This document shows positions 50,276-58,744 of a DNA stretch of 64,000 nucleotides, piece after piece. How positions within the stretch are numbered: the first letter of the stretch is position 1; every line of letters starts with the position of its first letter. The notes below the pieces were generated by a model. The model ran no database searches, was not told the origin of the DNA, and saw nothing but the letters and a program-made list of their open reading frames with translations. Made by a program: the position numbers and the translations under genes. Origin of the DNA: Lama guanicoe (Eukaryota); the NCBI GenBank assembly GCA_013239625.1, contig MU054187.1, forward strand, positions 18,344,711 through 18,408,710, in the 5' to 3' direction.

Positions 50276-51195
50276 TAAGGGCTCAGATATGGCCTTCTTT
50301 CATTTTCTGATTCAGTCCCACATGAATAAAGCACTCCTACACACCAGAAACAAAGCCATGCCCCAGGGGAGATATTAACAACAACAATAAAACATAAATA
50401 AATAAAAGTAGCTGCAGAAATTTTTTAGTAATCAACTCTCTCGGGGGTGACAGCCAGTCTCTCTCTGCCTAATAGGTTGTTTTCGAGTCTCTTCTGCTAA
50501 ATCAAGCCAGAGACCACCTAGCAATGGCCCATGAATGATTAAGAGTTTTCAGATTCAGGCATTGTCTTTTAACTTGAGTTAAAAGTCCAAATGCAACAAG
50601 AAGCACTTCACAAAAAATAGAAACATAATAGTGAATACAATGGGAAATTTTACAAGAGAATGCTAAAAGAAGCATGATATCACAGCCTAGTGGCACAAAA
50701 TCCGGACACCTGCCCCTGTTCCCTACACCTGTCTCTCCACAGTTGTTTACCTGGGGTTTCTCTGGGACTTGGGGGCCTGGGGGAAAGTTCTGACGCAAAT
50801 GCGGGTCAATGCTTGCAGACAGCTCAGAAAGAAAGGTTGGGTTTCTAGGTCCCTTGGCTTCTTTCTCCCCTCCCCCGACCCCTGCCCCGGAGCAGAACAC
50901 TAAAACATCTGAGTGAAAAGCCCTGCAGCTCATCCAGATCAAGGCAGGCATTATATTTCAAGTTGAGGTTCAAAACAGCTTGCTCTTTGCTGGCATTTCT
51001 TTCTTCCTGAAATCAGATGGCGCCTCCAAGGACTTCAGTGTGCTGAGTCACCAGCAAGCTACACACTCGCTCTTTCATCGAAGGCCACCGGGCTGAGACC
51101 CCGTCTTCCTCCTTGGTAAAGTGACCAAGTCGACAGCACCTTCAAAAAGGTTCCTGTGAAGGGTCCCGACTTAAAATCAAAAGAATGATTTCAGT

Positions 51196-51684
51196 ACTAC
51201 TCAGCCATAAAAAAGAATGAGATAATGCCATTTGCAGCAACATGGATGGACCTAGAGATTATTTTACTAAGTGAAGTAAGTCAGACGGAGAAAGACAAAT
51301 ATCACATGGTATCATTTATATGCGGAATCCAAAAAAAATGAGACAAATAAACTTATTTGCAAAACAGACACAACCATAGAAAATAAACCATGGTTACCAA
51401 AGGGGAAAGGGGGTTTGGGGGAGGGATAAATTAGGAGTTTAGAATTAACAGATACACATTACTATATATAAAATAGATAAACAACAAAGACCTACTATAT
51501 AGCACAGGGAACTATATTTAATTTCTTGTAATAACATGCTGGAAAAGAATCTGAAAAATATACATATGTATGTATGTATAGATAGATGGATGACTGAATC
51601 GCTTTGTTGTACACCGGAAACTAACATTGTAAATCAATTACACTGCAATAAAAAAAATTTTTTAAAGGGGCTCTCAGAAAAAAT
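51196..51684 (+). mobile_element. L1 3' end with 14-bp perfect TSD
   Basis: ACTACTCAGCCATAAAAAAGAATG...GCAATAAAAAAAA; TSD AGAATGATTTCAGT at 51182-51195 and 51685-51698. Confidence 0.95.
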
Positions 51685-51879
51685 AGAATGATTTCAGTTT
51701 CTCTCTCCAGGAGGAAATACAACCCAGAAATAATTTTTAAAAACCTCTGCCCGTTATCTTTACATAATATCACCTACAGCTCCCTAATTACTGCATTGTT
51801 TATTTTATGTTAGGCATGTGTTTATCCATTAAGCATATTCATAAGCCATGCATGACGAACAGACTAGAAAACTTTAGCC

Positions 51880-52130
51880 CTCAGAGAAGCTTTCAGATTG
51901 GAGTCCCTGCAGCTTTGAGTTGGTTGCTGCCCACTGGCCCAGTCTTGCTTGAATTAGCTACCAATCTCTATAAACTGGGCAATTTCACATAATAATCTAA
52001 AATTGGAGACGCTCCTGAAAACTTGAAAGATCTAGTAATGCTAGACCCAAATTCCTGTGTAGAAACGATGTGACCCTGCAGAGTGAAGGTGCTAGGAACG
52101 TGTCTCCTAGTTCAGCACCCACTGGCCGAT
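51880..52130. mobile_element. MER102-like hAT-Charlie element
   Basis: ATTTCACATAATAATCTAAAATT...TGAAAACTTGAAAGATCTAGTAATGCTAGACCC. Confidence 0.55.
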
Positions 52131-52868
52131 ACCCCTACATCCTTCCCCACAAGTGCCTGCCCCTGTGAGTGTGCACCCGGGACCCCCATCTAGTCTAACC
52201 ACTTTATCCGACAGGTGAGGAAAGCAGGGTCCAGAGAATTTTAAATGACTTACCGAAGGTCACTCAATGAGATAAAAGCAGAGCAGAAACCAGAATTCTG
52301 GTCCCCTTCCCAAGACAACCCCCCTTCCCTGGAGCTCCAGTTGTGAAAGAAATTGGGCCACATTTGAAGCAGTCTCTCAGATGATATTAGCTCTGAAGTT
52401 ATTTTAATTATAAAACATCACTGCAAACTAATGAAGGCATCAAAGCTGTGATACTGGTATAGACCAGAAGGGCTGGGGAAAAGCCTAACTTAGAGATAGA
52501 AATTTCTGAGGAATTTTAAATATAAGTCATCTATGTTTAAAATACCATGATTTTTGTGAGTAACAGAGTGGGACAAAAGAAAGCTGAATTCATATCTTAA
52601 TTGAACTATAGTGAATACATTAGGATGATACATCTTGGATTTTTTTTCTTTCTAAATCTAAAAAAGATTTAGAGTTAGAGGTTCTTTTTTAATGCAAGAA
52701 TTCTGCACACCTATATTTCATGTCATTAATTCATGGTAAATATATATAATGAAGATAAAAGATACTTATTGAGGCCTTTCAAGATTCTTTGTGACAAGTG
52801 ATATTATTTTTTATAAGGAAAATTGACAGGCCATATAAAAATTGTTTATGTGTGTAGAAGTATCATAA

Positions 52869-52913
52869 ATATATATATATATATGTATATATATGTGTGT
52901 ATATATATATATA
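52869..52913. repeat. (TA)n/(TG) microsatellite
   Basis: Direct observation. Confidence 0.95.
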
Positions 52914-54582
52914 GCATAAAATTATGCTGGCACTTATGTCCTTGATGTTAATTTTTGTCATACTACATCAGTTCAGAATAAAAATAAGAGTTTTTCTACA
53001 TTCATTTTTCTATGTACCTCTGACTCATCACCGTAACTCCATTCTGTTTCCCAGACTCCACCTCTACCATTTCCAGAAATCTGTCAACTTAAAGGATTTG
53101 AAAAAGAAACCAAGATATTTCTTTGAATACCTATGTAATCTCGAAAAGTACCCCCACTCCCATCCCCCCACCAAAAAGAGGAAAACTAACCAGGTGGTGA
53201 CATAGGGATCACTGATAAGATAAGAGGAATGTGCCACACGTTTACAGTTCCACCATGCTTCCAGCAGGGTCGGCAAAATGAGAGGCTTTGCTTCTTTTGT
53301 TTTTTTTTACCACATTAGCAGCCATCTCAACCTGTGCGCCAGGGAGCACCTAAGATGGTCTGAGCACGATGCTGTTCAGGAATGCTGTAGTGCCATTTGA
53401 AATCACGGTTGCTAAAATGAAACTGACACTTGGCAGAAATCATCATGACACTTTCCATCTCCGCATTATGACAGGCGGAAAGAGCCTCTGTGTGGCGCAG
53501 GCAGCGCTAAGCATGGAACCGTGCATCACGGAGGGACCAAGCCCTGAGGCCACACAGAGGAGGGTTGAGTGGGAGCTAGCATTTGAAACCCACAATCAGA
53601 GAAACGCCACAGTCGCCATCCATTCCATTCACAGGGACCCAGAAGTTGCTGCTCAAGTTCAAAGGCCAAACTTCTCTTCGCCTCCTTATCCCCATTTCTT
53701 AATCAGAGGAGGGAGCAGGAACCCGGTGGTCAGGCAAAGAGAAGGAAGGCTCTGTTTCATCCGCCAGAGTGGGTTTTCTCCTTCTCCTTCCTTCTGCCCT
53801 CAGGATCAAGGCAAACTCCTTCCTCCGAGCTACGGCACTCCTTAATTGGCAGGAGGATGACTTTTAAGGCAATGGGAAGGCACTCCTCTCCCCCAGGGCG
53901 CAGATGACTGCCTCTGTTCTGGCAGCATTTTGTTCTAACCTAAAGCATGTGTCGGTTTCTGCACTACACAGTGCAGGAGCCAAATGCAATGACAGGGTTA
54001 AGCAAATTCCTTGGAAACAAGGCCAGGAAAGACTCCTGGAGTGGTGCAGGTGCCGAATTACAGCCTGCCACTGCTCACCAGGCCTCAGGTGCCCAGACTC
54101 AGAGGTAGCAGTTTGGCTTTTCTTGTTTTGCCATTAAAAAAAAGAAAGAAAGAAAGAAAAGAATTTAAATATTCTGTTCTCCCAGCGTAGAATTAAGCAT
54201 GTAGTAAATGCTCTCAGTAAAAATTTGTCAGATGGTCAACACAATTTTATAAGATTTCATCAGAGTTCTCTCCCACCCTCCAACTTCCAATCTGCATTGA
54301 GGTTTTGAGTCCATGCATGGCCAGTTGAGGGCCAGGTCACCTGACACAACAGCTGGAGGGCGAAGTCCCCTTGTGGGAGTCACCAAAGCTCTGCACCATA
54401 ATGAAGTCACCTTATTCAATAGCACAAATCCATGCAGCTTCGAATTCCAAGATTAATGAAATTATTAGACATAAGAAAACTGATAACCAGGCAAAATGAA
54501 AAGAAAAGAAAATTTATCTTGTCTTAGTCAACAGAGGGAAGGACCAAAGTATGTAAGGCATATACAGCAGAAGAGTTTCTTT

Positions 54583-54588
54583 TTTATT
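54583..54588 (-). terminator. Distal polyadenylation signal AATAAA of HEY1
   Basis: Plus-strand TTTATT; U-rich sequence lies further downstream on the minus strand. Confidence 0.75.
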
Positions 54589-55185
54589 TAGTCACAACAC
54601 ACCAGTACAACAGAGGTCAAACCCAGTTCAGAGGAGGTCATTTAAACTACACCTGCTAAAGGAACAAACCTGTAAAATGATGCTTTTATAGCCCAAATCA
54701 AATTAAACAAACCAAGCAGAAGGCAGCGAAGCCCTTTTAAGTATCTCGATAACCACATTTCCATGCACCAAAAAGGAAAACACAGCAGAAAAATTTTCAG
54801 TTAAAAGAAAATAAGGTAGCTCTGGGAAGAATTAGGTTATGCATTTAACAGGTTCCACTGGACTATTCCATTGACCACTTGCACACCATGATCACTTATC
54901 CATGTTAACATCTGTGCATTTGAGATCTGTGAGCTTAAAAATGCATTGCATTGCTTGAGGCTGGTAAATGCAGGCATAGTCTATGCAATTATCTTCCATC
55001 CCCTCCCTGCCAGCTCCAATGCGGACCTCTCCTAACTAAGCCAGAACTGCAAGTCCTGGCACATAGCGGTCAGGCATTCGGATTCTGGGCCCCTGCTGGC
55101 TGTACATTCAACTTACTGCTGTAGGAGGCAGAGAATTACCGAGTCTTCTTTCTTGGATAAAGCTGATCATCTGATTTGTCAACGC

Positions 55186-55191
55186 TTTATT
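55186..55191 (-). terminator. Possible proximal polyadenylation signal AATAAA
   Basis: Plus-strand TTTATT about 535 nt after the stop codon; usage unproven. Confidence 0.4.
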
Positions 55192-55726
55192 CAGAAATAT
55201 AAAATTCCATATAGTTCCCCCCCAAAAGAATATTATTTATACAACACCTTAAATTGTCAAAAAAATTAACAAATAGCGTCATGTTAGCGTTGAGTGTAGA
55301 ATGGTTTGGAAAATTAATTCTAAAAAGACACTGTCACTATACAAGGAGAAGAACAGACTGAAACTACTAAATATTAAACCTCCCAAAACTTTGAGGCCAG
55401 AATGGAATCATTCCTTAGACAGGTTTACAAAGTAAATTAGGCACAGTACAAACCTATCACCAAGTGTTGGTTTATACTCACTATTGCAATTTAATGTCTG
55501 GAACAAAATTTAACAACTAGTTTTTAAAAACTGCTCATACATGACATGATAAAAAAAATTTGAAAAAAGTAAACCAACAAACTTTTTGTCTTTCAACAAA
55601 ATGTATCTGAAAGTGTACCTTTTTTTTCTTTTTACCTTACTGATGACTTTAAGGTGATGTTGGCAACAGCCCAGCTCAGCTGGGATTTTAAGTCTTCCCC
55701 CACCCTCATTCTATAGCATCAGTTCT

Positions 55727-56310
55727 TTAAAAAGCTCCAATTTCCGTCCCCCAAGGTCTATAGGGTTTGCCAAGGTTTGCTGCCTGCGTAGGTGCCGAAG
55801 GGCTCAGTGCATTGGGAGAGAGTAAGTGGAAGGAGCCGAAAGAGAAGGGGAAGGCCGACAGGGAGGCCACGGAGGAGAGCAAGGGCGGCGAGAGTTTGGA
55901 GGCGGAGGAGACAACGGGGAGCATCGGTCCAAGGCCGCCGCTAGGGGGCGCGCGCAAAGCGGGCGCCTCCGGATGTGCCGTGGCCAACCTGCCCTGGTGG
56001 TGGGGTTCCGTGGGCGAGGCCGTGGTGCCAGTGTTCCCGTGGCTGTTCTGGGGCAGCAACAGGGGGTGTGCGACGTGCGGGTGATGTCCGAAGGCGCTGC
56101 CCCAGGGAATGTGTCCAAGGCCTGCGTGGGCACCGCTCGCCGCTTCCCGCTGGGAGGCATAGTTGTTCAGATGCGAGACCAGTCGAACCCGAAGCGGGTC
56201 AGAGGCATCTAGTCCTTCGATGATGCTCAGGTAACGGGCGACTTCTGCCAGGCATTCCCGAAACCCCAAACTCCGATAGTCCATAGCGAGGGCGTGCGCG
56301 TCAAAATAGC
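55727..56310 (-). CDS. HEY1: HEY1 coding exon 5 (Orange domain, His/Pro/Ser-rich region, YRPW and TEIGAF motifs, TAA stop)
   Basis: Acceptor ttttcctcag|GC; 584 nt; reads [28 protein letters not shown]...[13 protein letters not shown]. Total CDS is 915 nt. Confidence 0.99.
55780..56300. promoter_or_regulatory. Intragenic CpG-rich segment over coding exon 5
   Basis: High CpG density confined to the exon, with AT-rich flanks. Confidence 0.7.
55938..55951 (+). promoter_or_regulatory. CTCF core motif CCGCTAGGGGGCGC
   Basis: Matches the CTCF core CC(A/G)(C/G)(C/T)AG(A/G)(G/T)GGC(A/G)(C/G) at all positions; binding not shown. Confidence 0.65.
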
Positions 56311-56561
56311 CTGAGGAAAAGAACAAAAGAAAAACCTTAGAGCGTTGCTCATTTCCCGAATTTTTTCAATCCCAAAGGCAGCCCTTCCTGGCAAATACCT
56401 ACATCCTTTAAAAAACGGCATTCACGGGCTCTTCTGAAAGTCCAAATACTTGGGAGTCAACCAAAATCTTTGCATTGATCAACATGAGGAGTATATGTTT
56501 GCTAATCCAAGTTCAAAGCCCAATTAGAAATTGCCAAGCAGAAACTGGAATTATACCCTAC

Positions 56562-56622
56562 CGGCAGATGAAACTATGTTCGTTCCTTTAATGTATTCCC
56601 TCAACAACAACAAAAAATACAT
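56562..56622 (-). CDS. HEY1: Putative alternative first coding exon in intron 4 (MYFLLLLREYIKGTNIVSSA + G), in frame with exon 5
   Basis: ATG at 56622, 61 nt, phase-1 donor CCG|gtaggg matching the phase-1 acceptor of exon 5; would give 214 aa. Confidence 0.5.
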
Positions 56623-57192
56623 CAAGGAGAGAAAAACCACAGAGTAGTGAAATTCATTAGACACACAGATGTAAGTTATCATCACGGGGCTTTTAGGCAC
56701 TTGATGTAGAGAGAAGCATTTTCTGGCTGGAGACAGGCACACAGAGCTCCGTCTCCCACCTTCTGTTGAGTTTTCTCTACTTAACCACAAGAGATTTCTT
56801 TCCTCAAGAGTCATGTGGCAGTTCACTCTTTTAAAATCTTGTATATGAAATTAAGCTTATATACTCTAAAAAAAAAAAGCTTTTCCTCAGAACAATAAAT
56901 GTGAGAGCTACCTGATTTGAGCTGTCACAATTTTATGGGCACATCACACATAATAGGTATTTTCCAAAAGAAGGTGCATTAGCTTCATTTGCAGAGGGTT
57001 GGGGTGATGAGTTCGCTGGAGGAAATGTGCACGTGAAAATGCACTGACAGGCAGCCCCACACACCACGCACGTTCTCTCCCCACCCCCAAAGCACACAGC
57101 AAATATAAGGCAGCGAATGCACCAGTTCTGGCTGTCCGCAGCTGTTCATTCTACCCCCAACACTCAGGGCCCCCGCCAGACTGAAGATGTAC

Positions 57193-57274
57193 CTTTCCCC
57201 CCCGCGGTGTGCAGCATTTTCAGGTGATCCACTGTCATCTGCAGGATCTCGGCTTTTTCTAGCTTGGCAGATCC
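57193..57274 (-). CDS. HEY1: HEY1 coding exon 4 ([27 protein letters not shown]; loop and helix 2)
   Basis: Acceptor cttctgtag|GGA, donor AAAG|gtacat; 82 nt; contains the KLEKAEIL signature of Hes/Hey bHLH domains. Confidence 0.98.
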
Positions 57275-57562
57275 CTACAGAAGAGAAGAGGGGAATTTTT
57301 TTTTTTTAATTTTGGCACCAAGTGCCTTTGGGGAACAACTTAAAATATAGATGCACATATATGCTTTGTAAATCATAAAAGTACAGACTAAAGCAAAATA
57401 AGTTGTCTTCGCAAAATATGTTCGAATCTGGATGAATTCATCTCCCTCCGCACAAACAACGCGGTTATTTTCCAAGCCACGGGTGAGGTTCAGATTCATG
57501 AGGGGAAGGATTCTGAAGGCGTGCATAGCTACACTGAGGGCTCTATCTACTTTCTCCATTAC

Positions 57563-57646
57563 CTGCTTCTCAAAAGCACTGGGTACCAGCCTTCTCAGCT
57601 CAGACAAACTGTTATTGATCCGGTCTCGTCGGCGCTTCTCAATGAT
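57563..57646 (-). CDS. HEY1: HEY1 coding exon 3 ([28 protein letters not shown]; basic region and helix 1)
   Basis: Acceptor ttctacag|ATC, donor CAG|gtaatg; 84 nt, phase 0-0. Confidence 0.98.
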
Positions 57647-57794
57647 CTGTAGAAGGCAGGCAAAACAAAGGAGGACATTTCCATTATGACTGTAAATTCC
57701 AAGGTGAAGAGAGGTGGTTCTTTCCGTTAATTAATTAAACAAAACAATCCCCGCCCCCTCCCCCCCAAAAAAGGAGCACTGTAAAGCGACTCAC

Positions 57795-57870
57795 TCCTCT
57801 CCGTCTTTTCCTGGCCAAGATCTGTGAAGATGTAGTTGGGGACATGGAACCTAGAGCCGAACTCAAGTTC
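57795..57870 (-). CDS. HEY1: HEY1 coding exon 2 (NLSSALGSMSPTTSSQILARKRRRG; start of basic region)
   Basis: Acceptor tctcattcag|G, donor GGA|gtgagt; 76 nt; phase matches exon 1 (89+76=165 nt). Confidence 0.98.
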
Positions 57871-58135
57871 CTGAATGAGAGGAGGGGGGGAAAAATCGCC
57901 GTTAAGCGAGAGAAGGTGATCTGAGAGGTCGCCCCTACGTCCCCCCTGTACTCAGACAGCTTTGGCAACTTTGGCTTGAAAGCGCCTCGGGGTCCCTCAC
58001 CCGGGGCGGACGCCTGCGGGAGATGCGCAGAGGTCAGTGCAGGGCGCCGGCGTGCCCCGGGCCCTCGAGCGCTGTCACCGCGGCCAGCCGGCGCTCGCCT
58101 CCCGCTCCTGCTCCGCTCTGACGCCCTCAACTCAC

Positions 58136-58224
58136 CCATTCTCATCCGCACTCTCCTTTTCCACCTCGATGGTCTCGTCCAGCTCGCTATCCGAGGAGCT
58201 GTACTCGGGGTGGGCTCGCTTCAT
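58136..58224 (-). CDS. HEY1: HEY1 coding exon 1 (MKRAHPEYSSSDSELDETIEVEKESADENG)
   Basis: ATG at 58224-58222 in gccagcATG context; 89 nt; ends GG|gtgagt (consensus donor). Confidence 0.98.
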
Positions 58225-58372
58225 GCTGGCTGCGCAGGGGCTCCGGGTGAGGGCCGGCGCGGCGGGCAGGGAGGAGTTAACAGCTGCTGCGCCTTTCCGC
58301 GCTCGGCTGCTCGCGTTCCGCACACACTGGTCCCGCTCACGCTCTGCCTCCGGTTAAAACTCAACCATCCCT

Positions 58373-58380
58373 TTCCCACG
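58373..58380 (-). promoter_or_regulatory. RBPJ/CSL (Notch-responsive) site CGTGGGAA
   Basis: Plus-strand TTCCCACG, an exact high-affinity CSL consensus ~150 nt upstream of the ATG; HEY1 is an established direct Notch target. Confidence 0.88.
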
Positions 58381-58432
58381 CTGCGCCCCTTCCCAGGGCC
58401 CTGGGGAGGGCGGGGGAGCGGAGGGGGCGGGC

Positions 58433-58744
58433 NNNNNNNNNNNNNNNNNNNNNNNNNNNNNNNNNNNNNNNNNNNNNNNNNNNNNNNNNNNNNNNNNNNN
58501 NNNNNNNNNNNNNNNNNNNNNNNNNNNNNNNNNNNNNNNNNNNNNNNNNNNNNNNNNNNNNNNNNNNNNNNNNNNNNNNNNNNNNNNNNNNNNNNNNNNN
58601 NNNNNNNNNNNNNNNNNNNNNNNNNNNNNNNNNNNNNNNNNNNNNNNNNNNNNNNNNNNNNNNNNNNNNNNNNNNNNNNNNNNNNNNNNNNNNNNNNNNN
58701 NNNNNNNNNNNNNNNNNNNNNNNNNNNNNNNNNNNNNNNNNNNN
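58433..58744. other. Assembly gap (312 N) in the proximal promoter
   Basis: Run of N flanked by G-rich sequence and a GGC repeat. Confidence 1.

Larger units (their letters stand above)
54560..55726 (-). other. HEY1: HEY1 3' UTR (~1.15 kb, AU-rich)
   Basis: AT-rich sequence with no obvious interspersed repeat between the stop codon and the distal poly(A) signal. Confidence 0.8.
54560..58340 (-). other. HEY1: HEY1 gene span (5 exons; TSS and cleavage site approximate)
   Basis: Spliced exons rebuild a complete 304-aa bHLH-Orange protein from MKRAHPEYSSSDSE to [11 protein letters not shown]. The 3' limit is set by AATAAA at 54583-54588. The 5' limit is estimated just downstream of the RBPJ site. 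Confidence 0.95.

Noticed and set aside
53480..53496. Weak CTCF-like motifs here and near 33488, 51010 and 59040
   Set aside because: Several core mismatches; not distinguishable from background.
55767..56223. Antisense and alternate-frame ORFs overlapping HEY1 exon 5
   Set aside because: Shadow ORFs expected from GC-rich coding sequence; no independent signals.
57275..57607. 110-aa ORF beginning with HEY1 residues ([14 protein letters not shown]...)
   Set aside because: Read-through of exon 3 into intron 3, not a separate gene.
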